DNA of 64,000 nt from NCBI RefSeq assembly GCF_006345805.1, contig NC_043008.1:2604001-2668000 (forward strand), in the 5' to 3' direction. The stretch comes from Octopus sinensis (taxonomy: Eukaryota). A program made the position numbers and the translations under genes. The notes beneath the pieces are model-generated. The model was not told the DNA's origin. It worked only from the letters and a program-made list of their open reading frames with translations, and ran no database searches. Positions 1-13,123 of this stretch are shown here, in pieces. The first letter of the stretch is position 1. Every line of letters starts with the position of its first letter.

Positions 1-1749
1 GGCCCTCTGATTGATGAAAATGGTACTCTTCAAGACAATGCCAAAACCATGGGAGAAATATTGCAGAAACAATATTGCTCTGTTTTCAGCAATCCTGATA
101 TGACTGATCTGGGCTGTATCAGTGATGTTACTCCCCAATACACTTTATCGGACATAACATTTGGCGCTCCTGATGTCTTAGCAGCAATAAAGGAAATGAA
201 GCATAATTCAGCAGTAGGTCCCGATAGGTTCCCTGCTTGTGTCTTGAAGATGTGTCAAAACCAACTTGCACCCCCTCTAGCCAATCTGTGGCGGAACTCA
301 TTGGATGCTGGATATATACCAGAAGACCTTCTATCCCAGTCTGTTGTCCCAGTTTTCAAAAAAGGAAACAAATCGCTTGCCGTGAATTACCGTCCAATCT
401 CACTCACCTCTCATATCATCAAGGTATTTGAGAGGGTGCTGAGATCGCGTATGACTCACTTCCTTGAGAGTCATAATATGCTGAACCCCAACCAGCATGG
501 ATTCCGTAATGGGAGAGATTGCTTGACGCAGCTACTGCATCATTTTGATGACATTTTGAGAGCCTTGGGAGAGGGTTCCAACACTGATGTCATCTACCTT
601 GATTTCAGCAAGGCCTTTGACAGGGTTGATCATAAGATCCTTCTGAGAAAGCTGTCCAATATTGGTGTCACTGGAAAGCTGCTGCAATGGATCAAGTGCT
701 TCCTCTCTAACAGAACCCAACATGTTGTAGTCGAAGGAGTCAAATCCAGCCCAGCCAAAGTCAGCAGTGGTGTCCCACAAGGCACTGTGTTGGGCCACTT
801 CTCTTCATCATCTACATAAATGATATTACTGACACCATCAAACACAGCAACATCAGAACCTTCGCTGATGATTCCAAGCTCCAGAAGGTCATCAATGGCG
901 TGGATGACCGAATAAACCTTCAGTCAGACCTACTGGCTGTTGTCCAATGGGCGGAAAAGAATAACATGTTGCTAAATGAAGACAAATTCGAACTGATCCA
1001 CTTTGGAAGGGAGGACGCTCTGAAACTCCCATACTCTCTTCCTTCTGGAGAAATTCTCATGGCATCCAACAACATCAGAGACCTGGGAGTAACAGTGGAC
1101 AACAACATAAGCTGGGCTACACATATAAGCAGCAAAGTTGACATGGCCCGCAGAATGTGTTCCTGGATTCTCAGAACCTTCCAGTCGAGAGATTCCCACG
1201 CTATTATCCTTCTCTTCTCCACTTTTGCCCGACCCCACCTTGAATACTGCTGTCCACTGTGGTCTCCCTACACAAAACAAAATATTATGAGAATTGAAGC
1301 TCTCCCAAAGGTCAATCACAAAAAAGATAGATGGCATGTCAGACCTTGACTACTGGGGTAGACTAGAGAAGCTGAAATTGTATTCACTCCAACGACGCCG
1401 TGAACGCTACATTATCTGTATGATGTGGAAAATATTCCATCAGCACTGTCCGAATGATGTTGGCATCACCTTCAAAATGCATCCAAGGCTTGGACCACGT
1501 GCCATCCGTCCACAACAAAAATCTAAATCGCATCACATAACGACAATACGGCACAACTATTTCACCTCAATTGGACCCGCTCTCTTCAACATTACACCAG
1601 GACACGTCAAAAAAGAAACTGACCACACAAAAGTCAAGAAGTCTTTGGACAAATTCCTTCAAACAGTACCGGACAAACCACCCACACCCGGATATGTCTC
1701 CGCAAACAATAACTCTCTGCTCGAATGGGCCTTGGTGCCCAAATCCTGA
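1..1749 (+). pseudogene. LINE ORF2 reverse-transcriptase region broken by two single-base frameshifts (~792 and ~1305)
   Basis: ORFs 49-819, 900-1349 and 1294-1749 join into one reading when 1 nt is restored at ttgggccac (GTVLG-PLLF) and removed at gctctcccaaagg (ALQR); no in-frame stops otherwise seen. Confidence 0.85.
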
Positions 1750-1834
1750 ACTGAAAGACTTCGCCAGGTGGTGCTATTAAGTTAGACATGGCCTGGGCCA
1801 ATACTGGCCAAAAACCTTTCTAAGTTATTCTAAG

Positions 1835-1837
<3 letters not shown>
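1..1837 (+). mobile_element. CR1-group non-LTR retrotransposon (LINE), 3' half running off the window start, with 3' UTR and short tandem-repeat tail
   Basis: RT motifs YRPISLTSHIIKVFERVL, QHGFRNGRDCLTQLL, DVIYLDFSKAFDRVDH, SGVPQGTVLG, FADDSKL (ttc gct gat gat ~861-872), C-terminal LQRRRERY...WKI; ends in (TTCTAAGTTA)x2 at 1818-1837. Confidence 0.92.
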
Positions 1838-1869
<32 letters not shown>

Positions 1870-2079
1870 TATGTATGTATAAAGAATTAAACATGCACGT
1901 ATATATGTGTGTGTGTGTGGATCAATGTTCGTCGATGAAAGAAAGAGCTGTGAAATATTAACTACCATAGTTTGACAGTTTGACATCAAATATCTGTTGG
2001 TGAAAACCAGTTACAACACAACATGATTATAATATAGGTGCTATTCTGCTAGGTTTCCTTCATATAGCTGTTCACAGTC

Positions 2080-2290
2080 GGCTAATTATCTTTATTAGTT
2101 AAATTGATTTTTCAGTCTTGTAGATTTTGCTTGAGGCCATCTAAATTGATTGTTTTGCAGACACTATCTCTGCTGTTTCTACTGGTGTTCCTAATACCGT
2201 TGTTAACGTTTTTCTTCCCGCTCAAAATAATGCTGCGTCCTCCCACACATAATAGTGCAGCTCCTAATTTTCTTTCTCAATAATGACCCT
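2080..2290 (-). mobile_element. Degenerate Penelope-like GIY-YIG endonuclease remnant
   Basis: Minus-strand reading CGRTQHYF...K.L..R..EHQ...CLQNNQFRW resembles the PLE EN pattern YIG.T.R.L..R..EH....H....H.F.W; stops and frameshifts present. Confidence 0.4.
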
Positions 2291-2329
2291 TTATGCTGGA
2301 TATGTAACTGTTATTGTACACAAAACCAC

Positions 2330-2529
2330 ATGCACATGCATATATACACACACGCACACAGATATACATACAAACGTAGTTACATTTATGCCAGCATATG
2401 AGCACGTGCTTCTTTTCCACTGTCTCGTTCCTTCTTTCTCTATATGTATGTGTGTGCCACTATATATGCGTGGGAATAAATTCATTGATGTATATACACA
2501 CACATACACACGTATGCACACAACACATG

Positions 2530-2570
<41 letters not shown>

Positions 2571-2635
2571 CATACATATTTATACGAATATAAGTTTATG
2601 TATGTATGATATTGTGAATGTGCGTCTTCATATGC

Positions 2636-2675
<40 letters not shown>

Positions 2676-2870
2676 TTGTTTATATAAATATATATATATA
2701 TAATATTATATATATATATATATGTACATACAAATATACATCCATACATGCATATATATATATATAATATATATATATAATATAATATATATATATATAT
2801 ATATATAAACTTACATATGTAGATATTATGTATATATACATATAGAAGTATGTGCATGCATACATTCATT
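2330..2870. repeat. Compound (TA)n/(CA)n/(TG)n microsatellite
   Basis: Directly visible dinucleotide runs. Confidence 0.95.
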
Positions 2871-3331
2871 TGTGTGGGTGCATATGTGTCAGCACGTGCA
2901 GGCGTGCATGTGTATGTCTCGGCTACCCTTGCAGCCAACCTAACTTTACGCCATATTCACTGTACGTCTTCTTTGTGAACTTGTCACTTTTCCGTTGCGA
3001 CTTCTTCACATTGTCTCTTAGTGACATCAATGGGAAGCAAGAGACGGATCAATAGCAGATAATTGAATTGGTAATTAATCAGTATTGAAAAGAAAGATCA
3101 GTGCCACATAGCTTTCACTTAGGTACTGTAGGCGCCGTCTGGGTAGTGCTGATGTCGCTGCTGATGCTCGAGGTTAGGAGTGGTAGAGTGGATGGAGGGA
3201 TCTTGGCTAGTAGCAGCAAAATATTAGCGTCTCCGATCTTCATTTTCTTAGTAAGGTTGTTGACGTGGTGGCTGTTTATGTTTTTATTGGTGAGGAATTT
3301 GATGTTTTTGATTTATGCATATTTTTCTATT

Positions 3332-3333
<2 letters not shown>

Positions 3334-3405
<72 letters not shown>

Positions 3406-3537
3406 GTGTATGTACGTTTGTATGAATGTACTATGTATGTATATACATATGCATATATATGTGTGTTTGTGTGTATGTATGCATTTATTTATCTGTCCTC
3501 TCTCTTGCTATATATATATATATATACATTTATATAT

Positions 3538-3602
<65 letters not shown>

Positions 3603-3614
3603 ACATTTATATAT

Positions 3615-3656
<42 letters not shown>

Positions 3657-3685
3657 ATATAATATATATATATATATATACACAT

Positions 3686-3720
<35 letters not shown>

Positions 3721-3730
3721 GCATACGCAC
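3334..3730. repeat. Compound (TA)n/(TATG)n microsatellite
   Basis: Directly visible. Confidence 0.95.
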
Positions 3731-4325
3731 ACCGTCACAAGCTCTCCCACACACATATAAGTATGTGTTTGTATAAGTGTGCTTGTGTCCTCTCTTGGTA
3801 TGCAGATGGTTAGTGGACAGCAGTAGTCACTAAATGTATATCCTTCTCTGTGTTCTTGAAAACAAACTTGGTATTTTCGCTGTTGTCGATCACTAGACCG
3901 AGAATCATTCTCTATAGTCATATCTCTCTCCGCGGGCATTCCAACTGTGACAACCCCGTATTCATTTCATACATTCTTACAAAAACTATACAAGAAGCTA
4001 GAAAACGGATATGATTGGAAGAATATGATTAGGCAAACATGATAGTTTATGTTTTGCAATGAACTTTGTATGTATTTTAAATTCATTTTATTGTCTTCCG
4101 ATGGATTTATGATAAGATATTTTTCTTTTAGAATATGTTTATGAAATTCTTGACTATGGAGGCGTTGTATGTATAAATTGATTTTCTTCTGCAGTAATAA
4201 CGGTCCTGCTTAAAACTGTGACCCTATAGGATATATTTAACGCCCTGCATAAGAGAGATGTCGCATTACACAAACTTTGTGTTATACAATTGCATTGTAG
4301 GTGTATAGTACATTCTTTACCAACA

Positions 4326-4374
<49 letters not shown>

Positions 4375-4424
4375 AGATAGATAGATAGATAGATATACAT
4401 ATATATATATATATATATTATTTA

Positions 4425-4596
4425 TTCTTTTACTTTTTCAATCATTTGACTGCGACCATGATGGAACACCAACTCCACCCCGGGACTTATTCTATGTTTA
4501 GCCCAGTACTTATTCTATCGGTCTCTTTTGCCGAACCGCTAAGTGACGGGGACATAAACACACCAACATCGGTTGTCAAGCAATGCTAGGGGGCAA

Positions 4597-4633
<37 letters not shown>

Positions 4634-4726
4634 CATTTATACGACGGGCTTCTTTCAGTTTCCGTCTACCAAATACACTCACAAGGCTTTGGTCGGCCCG
4701 AGGCTATAGTAGAAGACACTTGCCCA

Positions 4727-4728
<2 letters not shown>
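4425..4728 (-). mobile_element. tRNA-derived SINE family A (head truncated), internal (CA)n(TA)n
   Basis: Shares segments with copies at 8407, 39919 and 53832 (e.g. revcomp gtgtcttctactatagcc...ggaaactgaaagaagcccgtcg; catttgactgcg.ccatg). Confidence 0.7.
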
Positions 4729-4769
<41 letters not shown>

Positions 4770-4837
4770 TCTTTATTAGCCACACAGGGCTGCACACAGA
4801 TAGAACAAATTACAAGGTAGAGCTTTTCTTTATATAT

Positions 4838-4839
<2 letters not shown>

Positions 4840-4903
<64 letters not shown>
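4840..4903. repeat. (GATA)n tetranucleotide microsatellite
   Basis: Directly visible. Confidence 0.95.
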
Positions 4904-4904
<1 letters not shown>

Positions 4905-7440
4905 CACGGACATGCGTCTCTGTGTTTTCTACGTATACTTGGTAAGTTTTTCTCTACACGTAAACCTATATCTTTGAGTAGCAAATGATACACTAGACAT
5001 TGTTTTGTCGGTTCCGCTAGAAATATCCTCACGCCTGGAACATTTTTGAAATGATGCCAGCTGCAACTTACCTAACACTAAACTACTATTAAATTAAAGA
5101 AGTTTGGCATCTCATCGCTATCCAAGCAACAAACATATCTCTCTGTAATGTGAAATTATTTTCTGAAAATAGAATTATTCTGATGAATGATGCATATCGA
5201 CTTCGTTTACTGGACAATTAGCTGAACATTATACATTACTTAGTGTAATTAAATTGAAATTAATTAGACAAGCTACTGGACCTCAGAGACTTTGCCGATG
5301 TTGTTTAAACCCAAGTTATTTTTGACTTAATATAGCTTCGGTTAAATCCATTTTAGCTTCAACCCTATTTATGTTTATTTTATGGTATACATAATCAGGT
5401 TTTCCTTTATACAATGTAGTGCCCTCTATACACATTGAAACCGCCTAGTTTACTAGGGTTCAATATAAATTCCAAAGTACAATTAAAAATGTGCTATATA
5501 ACCTATCTTCATTTTAAACGTATTTTGGGTGTGATTCGTGAATTTTGGGGAGTGATTTTGGGTTAGGTTATGTTAGAGAAAGCATGACTGATTAATTACC
5601 TGGTTATAATTAAATGATAAACGTTGATATGAAGGGTGATGAAGATCTCTTGGCTCTGGGTAAAAGAAAATACAGAAGGATTAGTTTATATGACTTTATT
5701 TAGAATATTTTTCTTTAGATTCACACACTTATTGCAGAGGTCAAGTTTTCTAAGCTTTGTGAAAGAACTATGGATGTTAGGTCCCTCAAACCAAGCCTTT
5801 CACGAAAGCTTTAAAGCCGGGAACGTCTCAGCACACCTCATATACAACAAATTGTACGCCACATGTAAACAAATATAGATTGCGGCGTGTGGTCATGAGC
5901 AGGATTAATTTGATTTTTTGTTAAAAGGTGTATAGCTATCTTACTTCTTTCAGTTATTAGACAATGTCCGTGCTGGAGCACAACCATTGAGATGTTTCTT
6001 GAAGTAAGCAATCAGAAGGAGTGGATGAAACAGGGACAAATGATGAAGGCGAATATTCTTTATGTTGCTTGCCTAGTTTTTCTGTTTTCGTTTCTCATTG
6101 TGTTCAAAGTTTTTTGATGTACTGTACCCATATATGCATGTATATATGCATATATCTGTAGCTATGTACATATTTGTATGCATATATGCATATATTTCTA
6201 TATTATTTATATTATTATATATATATTTATATGTGTGTGTGTGTGTGTGAGTGTTTGTGTGTGTGTGTGTGTATCTGTCTGTGTGTGTATAGTATAAATA
6301 ATGATAGAGACAGAGAATAAGAAATGGAAGCGAATTTATTTACAACTTTAGCAGTTTCGTGCATGGAAAAAGTCTGTTACATAAATCTAAATCAACCCTC
6401 GAATTATGAATATAAAGAAAAGCGATTTGAAAATGTGTGTCATTTATTTTAGTCATTCATATTAAAACACATGAATTTTTGAACGAAGTTTGTTTAATTA
6501 AATTCCTCATATATTTAATGAAATCTCATTTCCTGTGAACAAATATTTCTGATTGTGTGAGCACACACATATGCACAAACACGCATATATCCACAAATGC
6601 ACACATATATATATACAGAAATTTCTCGATACACCATTTACATGACACCTATATATGTCTGTGTGTGAGTGTATGCTTTTATGCACTGTCTTTTGATATC
6701 AATGTTTGTGCACGATCATAAATGCCTTTACCTGGAAAAATCTTTGTGTATGCGTGTGGATACGATTGCGTGTGCATGTAGCTGAAATATATGTGTGGGA
6801 AAGCGATCGTGTGTGTATATAAGTGAAAGGAAAGCATACATATATAATGTGTTTTCTGAACATGATCTGCCGGAACATCCTAAAATTATTAAAATATTAT
6901 ACAATACATCACACCAAAATATATTTAATTAATACTTCTAAATAGAAAATGAATCTAGAAAAAATAGCAAGAGCGAAGACGACAAAAGAAAAAGGCAGAA
7001 CAAAACAGAGAATATAGCGGAGTCATGCTATACACTTAACGGTGAGTCAAGTCAGGTGACAGCATCTCAACTGCAATAACATATAAATATCAATACTATA
7101 AAATTTCATTAAGAATTTTTAATTAATATAATCTCGACAGGAATGTAATATCTATTTAATTGTCTTTTGTCGTTGCATCTAATGTGTTGCTAACATTATG
7201 GCATTTCCCTCTCTAATTTAATTTTTCGTATTCGTAAAACTATAAAGTATTTGATGTGGGATATTGCAGTGAAGTAAATGGAAATAAATACGAAACGATT
7301 ACGTGTCACGAAGACTTAGCATTGTTTAGCTGCTGTTAGTTGGAGGTTTATTTTTTATCCCAGACGGACACAAACAAGTTATGTCAAAACAAATGAAGAA
7401 CGAGGAATAAGATCAAAGAAAAACTGACATTTTGTAGGCA

Positions 7441-7519
7441 GAGATGTATAAACGTATAAATGAGATGTATAGATGTATAGATGTATAAATGAGATGTATA
7501 GATGTATACATGTATAAAT
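7441..7519. repeat. Short minisatellite built on GATGTATA/AATGA units
   Basis: gatgtataaacgtataaatgagatgtatagatgtatagatgtataaatgagatgtatagatgtatacatgtataaatg. Confidence 0.8.
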
Positions 7520-8406
7520 GTTGGTCGTAGAATTCACTATAAAACAACTACGTGTATTTGAACCTTTCGTCCATACCGTTTGTCTACGTTCGTAACTTGT
7601 AATATCCCAGTTTAACAAGATGAGGACATGGAGATCTTAAACATATCATAACAGTCCTTCCAGTTTTTAAAAGGTACAGTATATACCTAGTTCCTAAATC
7701 TTATGTCATTTTACTATGTTGAGTAATGACGATAAACCTAGCCTCTAACAACTCGTGTGACAATTATTTTATCTGGATACATGATCCATATAAGTCTACT
7801 TATTCATGACTAAACCGCTCTCTTCTGAGAAATTATTAGGCAAAACGCTGGACGTTAAATTTCTATAATGGATGCACATCGTACAGTGCACCGTGAAGTA
7901 AATTAGATTTAGGAATATTATGATACCTCTTGGTGTCATTGTTCCATCACAAACCCTTGCTTATCAAGTTGATACTGATATAGAACAATTGAATTCCTTT
8001 ATAGAGCAAACGTGACTTTGATAAGAATTTTGCTTCTTAACCACAGGCTCTCGATTTCAGTTTCATTGTGTGGCAATGCATGTAATGTCTTCTCCTGTAG
8101 CATCGAGAGGGAACCTGAAAGAAACCCGTCGTGTATATGTGCGCGTGTGTGTATACGTACATACTCACATATTATACATGTGCGTGTGTGTGTGTCTGTG
8201 CCTTTGTGCTTGAGTTGTTTCCTTGTACACGCAAATCCGACCCCGACATTCTGTTATGTATTTTATTTAAGAATCTGTTTGCGTTATATATAGACACAAA
8301 TGATATCAACGTTGCTCTTACATATTATCTGTGCCATTATGTCTATATACGTGTATAGAATAAGATTGTCACACTCAATTTCCGGAAGGTATCTTTATCA
8401 ATATAT

Positions 8407-8504
8407 AGGCACAGCAGTGGCTGTGTAGTAAGTAGCGTGGTTACCAACCACGTGGTCCCAAGTTCAGTCCCACTGCGTGGAACTTTGGGCAGGTGTCTTC
8501 TACT
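8407..8504 (+). mobile_element. SINE family A, tRNA-like 5' head only
   Basis: gtggctgtgtagtaag (A-box-like) ... agttcagtccc (B-box-like) ... tgggcaggtgtcttctactat, matching the revcomp of 4700-4728. Confidence 0.7.
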
Positions 8505-8849
8505 ATTTGTCAAAGGAAAACTTTGACAAATGTTGTCCAGAGTACGCAGAATTTGAAAAATATGGCACGGTCGCTATAAGAATAAATTAAAATTCTCGTA
8601 CAGTTCAATCCTTAAAGACTATTTTAAAGGTTACCAATAATTCTAATTAATTCGCTTCCGAACTCTGAGGAGGGCAAAAATATCTTAGGATTTGAAGCAA
8701 GTCTTTAAACTAAGAATGCATCGTCTAGAGAATACAAATGAACAAATACTACTTCTTGAAAAGAAAACAAAAACAGGTGCAGAGTAAAACATCGCAGGTG
8801 AAATCGCACTGAATTCCTACTACATCTATATAAAATATATTTATATATT

Positions 8850-9860
8850 CGATCACTGAGTCCTTGTCTCTCCTCTGGTTTCGTTCAGTAAAAGCCTCTC
8901 TCGCTCAAAGGAAGATATGAATGTATCATGGTAGAGGAAGAATTGGAAATTACGCCAAAACGTTTAGTCGTTGCTCAACACACTCATAATAGCGAAGTAT
9001 AATCCTAAATCTTCTCTAACATCTTTGTTTTGTGAAAAGATAGGGTGCCTATCTGTTCGTAGTCACTCGATGCATTTGCTTTAGGTGTACTAGTTCAGGC
9101 TAACATGGAAGTAAGCAGCAAATGGAATGACATGTATTCTGGCGAAGAGAATCGGAAGGCCGTAATTCAAACTACCAGCTTTAGTAATGTGGTCATTATT
9201 GTCATAAGATTTCCGACATCGGAACACTATAATTTTGCAATATTTATATAGACGCAATTCTTTGCATTTATCTTCAAAATAAGAATAAGAAATTTTAGTG
9301 AACCCATCTGCTTCAGTTTTATACATATTACTTCGATATTTCCCCCCTTTATTCTCGTCTGATTAATACCAATCCCTGCAACCAATATTCTCATCACTGC
9401 TATCAATTTCCTTTAATTTTATAGCCTCTTTTCCAATGTAACGTTACAGCTACAGAAGAATATGGATATCTTCCATTTATTCCAACATATTGACGTAACA
9501 ATAAAATTGACACTTAGCAAAACCCTTCGATCTGAAAACTTTTCGGTAAGATTTTAAGTTACCACGTTATTGAAACAACAGCATTTGCTTTGCAGTCGCT
9601 TCCTCTTCTTGTAATTTTCACAATATAGCTCTGCCAATTATGTTTGCAACAGAAATTCTACTAGATCTGCAGCAGCAAATTGCCTTTAATACTTTTGATC
9701 TTCAAAGATTGCCGCTTCACTTCTTAGAATTCGATTTAACCGTTACAATCTCCACAGAATTGTTAAATATATTTAACTCCTCCTTTTTACTGAGTAGCAA
9801 CATATAACCTTTCTTCACATATTTTGTTTGCTTTCCGTTGCACATATTCTCACATATGAG
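8850..9860 (-). mobile_element. Highly degenerate hAT-like transposase remnant
   Basis: Minus-strand YDNNDHITKAG...HVIPFAAY (cf. DN..NMVKA...HIPC.AH), then FWRN and LSERGFY.TKPEERQGLSD (cf. hAT dimerisation domain SER.FS.....R..LS); many stops. Confidence 0.45.
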
Positions 9861-10062
9861 TAACAAAATTTACACGTGAATGAAGTTTTTATTCTCATAT
9901 CAATAAAAAAATAAATAGGATAAAACTGTATAATCAATTTTATCAGCAGTGTTTTTGTTTTTTTATATTGTAGTCAGTCTGTTTGATACATTGATCGATG
10001 GTCAAGGTTTTGAACTTGTAACTCACTGAATTATTTTATGCTCCACCTTTCTAACACATATT

Positions 10063-10131
10063 ATCAAGGAGGGTCGGGTTGCTTACTTAACCTTGACTAT
10101 GTCTAGTCAATTGTGTAATTAAACTTGTGTG
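10063..10131 (+). repeat. Unclassified 69-bp dispersed repeat, copy 1
   Basis: 60/69 ungapped identity to 11234-11302. Confidence 0.85.
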
Positions 10132-11233
10132 TTTAATGCTGATGTCACCAGCTGTCTGTCGACTATGATAGCATAGTGACGCAGGCAAACGCATGCTGAA
10201 GCCTACACACGCTTATATGCCCGAGTCAAAACTCACGCACTCACATGATCACACGCACACACACATGTATGTTTATACATGTATATATGTACTTATTGGC
10301 GTGTGTGAGGGTGTGTGTGTCGGAAAGAAATACAGTAGTAAAATACTAAAATAGATAAAATTAAATTTCGATCTTTATCAATAACCTATTGAATATGTGA
10401 GAGGCATGTGTTTCTTTAGTCAGCAGCTAATTATCACACAGTAATTTGTTTTGGCTGACGCTTTTAGTCTTCCCACCAGCTCTGCATATTTCTCCGCCAC
10501 AGTGCTAGCGTACCACAAATGTCTCAGTTTTAGCAACATAGAATCTGACGAGTAAATCGATATGAACTCCATTGAGAAGGTAGTATTAAGACATCCTCTA
10601 ACGTCACTATTAGGATAATACAGGAGCATGCAAAAAGCAATACACTAGGTATCCATGTTTAATTCCGTTCTTTTAGTTTACATCCAAAACCGTTACATTG
10701 TTCCTTTTCCATTTTGTACCAATCCCATAGAGAAATATAATTCTTAAGACACATCTGTGCCGAAAAAAGTTATCATTCTTGCGTAACCATGGTTATTATA
10801 TACGCGTTGATTTATATCAGTCTAGTTTAAATTTGTTTTTCAATATCACATATATATATATATGATGAACTCCGCGTGTATTTACCAATCGTATTGGAAG
10901 CACATGCTAGTCGATAATATTATTTACGCATTACAGTTGTGATCTTCAGCCAATATACAAATCCTGAGAAAAAGTCTTCAAAATCACTGATTGAAATACA
11001 TAATTTATCCATGAGGTTGTTTGTTTCTGTAAATCCGATCTTTTACTTCACCAAACTTCATTTATTATATTTACCAAAATTAGAAGTGTTGACATTACTA
11101 ATCGTTTTCTTAAGGTACTTATATCTCCAATATGTAGGTGAATTTACCAGCAAGCTTTATACAATGAAGAAACATAAATGGCTGTTTTAGTTTATATATA
11201 ATTTATGAATAAACTTTCTGAATAGAGTATAAC

Positions 11234-11302
11234 ATCAGGGAGGGTTGGGTGGCTTACGTAACCTTGCCTATGACTAGTTAATGGTGTAATTAAACTTATG
11301 TG
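11234..11302 (+). repeat. Unclassified 69-bp dispersed repeat, copy 2
   Basis: 60/69 ungapped identity to 10063-10131. Confidence 0.85.
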
Positions 11303-12064
11303 GACTAAGTTAACATCCCTAATGAGTTATGGAACTATAACTGTATAAATAAATATTACGAGCATTCCATTTTTCTTTCAGTTCCTAAACTACCACAAAA
11401 ACGAAGCCAACTCGTTTCTTTCTTCTAATTACTATATTTTTTAAATTTTAATGATATCTCTCTGTGTTCGACATAAATCTAATTAATAATCTAGCAATGC
11501 CCCATGAACTAGAAATCGTGATGTATGTGATTATTACTGTCGAAAAATCTTAAGAATTTCCAAATAAATTGAATTATTAAATATATGAACTCTAGGCACC
11601 ATTGATGACTTATTTCAAATTTCTAATATAGTCTCCTATTAGGAAGATGATTATACGCCTACCATTAGCAGACAGCGTCAAGGTGTGTCACATTCATGTG
11701 AATAATGGTAGCTGTAACTTCAAAAAGATATCCCATTTAACCCTTTTCACGAGGGTAAGTATGCATTTATATAAGAATGGCTATTCTTTTAAGTAATGGA
11801 ATCATCATCTGCACTGCTAATAACAGACTGCTTGATATTTACAGCGACAAGTTAGCGAAAGTAATCGAAAAAACGTTTTTAAAAACACTGAAGCTAATCT
11901 TGAACGTATTGTCTGCTTTGAAACATGTTCACATGGTAGAAGTTCTCCCATTCTCTCGATTCATAATTGAATTTGCTATAAATGGAGGTAGTAATTTTAC
12001 TTTGTCCTTATTCTTAGTGAAATGTTGAAGAGTTTGATTTTAACAGTTATTTTTTCAAAGCTAT

Positions 12065-12312
12065 ATCGGGAGTTACAAAGGAGCATATTAAGTATATCTT
12101 GCTGTATAAATTCAATAAAGACAACACCGCAACGGAAAATGCGAGGAATAATTAATGCAGTATATGGAGATTGGATAATAAACGTGAGCCATTGTAAACA
12201 GGTGTTCCAGATATTCCCGGCCTGAAAGAATCGCCTTGAAGACGAGCCTCGTCCTGACAGATGTGTAGAGCTCGACGAGGACGTCCTGTAAAACCTGGTG
12301 GGAGAGAATCTC
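12065..12312 (+). mobile_element. Mariner transposase N-terminal (HTH) fragment
   Basis: KEHIKYILLYKFNKDNTATE..INAVYGD..INVSHCKQVFQIF...RLEDEPRPDRCVELDEDVL.NLVGENL matches the mariner HTH/GRP region. Confidence 0.75.
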
Positions 12313-12528
12313 ATACACAATGTATATGAAAATGTATTTTTTAGGAATATATGCATATATACCGGGATTTTTAGGGTGTGTATTGTAAATAAAACGTGAG
12401 AATCAAGATTGGAATTCCTTTGTCACTTTATATTATGCCCATATTATATATTATGCTCGGAGGTTAGTTTGAAGCAGATATATTTTTAAATTCATTCTTT
12501 TGAGGAAACATAGAGTTCCACGGGAATT

Positions 12529-12752
<224 letters not shown>

Positions 12753-13123
12753 TCGGTGTACATCCCTACCTATGCATATATAGCACATTTGTGTTTATTT
12801 TTTTATTGTTTTATTTGTTGTCTATGTATCTGTTGCCTGTGGCATGAATTAGTTAACTCAATAATTTAATCACCATCTTTTTATATTTTCATTATATGAC
12901 AATAAATTATTCATAAATATATTTTCAGAAAGCCTTAGTGGCCGTTCATATTTAAGGTGCTTTTGTATCCTGTTTATCAACTCATGTGTCCCTATCTAGC
13001 TCTGAGTGATAAAGCATTTTTTTTAGCTAAATGATTGTGAAAACCATTTTGATATACGAACTGGTCATTATCGTAAAACTATATCACTTGCTTTGATAAA
13101 CAATATTATCATCCAAAAATAGC

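Noticed and set aside
1925-1965. tcgatgaaag...gtgaaatatt as a hammerhead
   Set aside because: Core and helix II cannot be formed, and GAAAC-GUH is absent.
2283-3939. Many 60-200 aa ORFs rich in Y/I/C/V/H/T
   Set aside because: Translations of (TA)n/(CA)n/(TG)n microsatellites; the same applies to most ORF-track entries across the window.
10420-10629. Minus ORF with LRHLWYAS resembling a tyrosine-recombinase HxLRH motif
   Set aside because: A single short word with no other YR motifs (R, H/W-Y) or context.
11643-11754. Possible exon with strong donor G|GTAAGT (KMIIRLPLADSVKVCHIHV...)
   Set aside because: Peptide unrecognisable, no partner exons; splice-like words are expected by chance.
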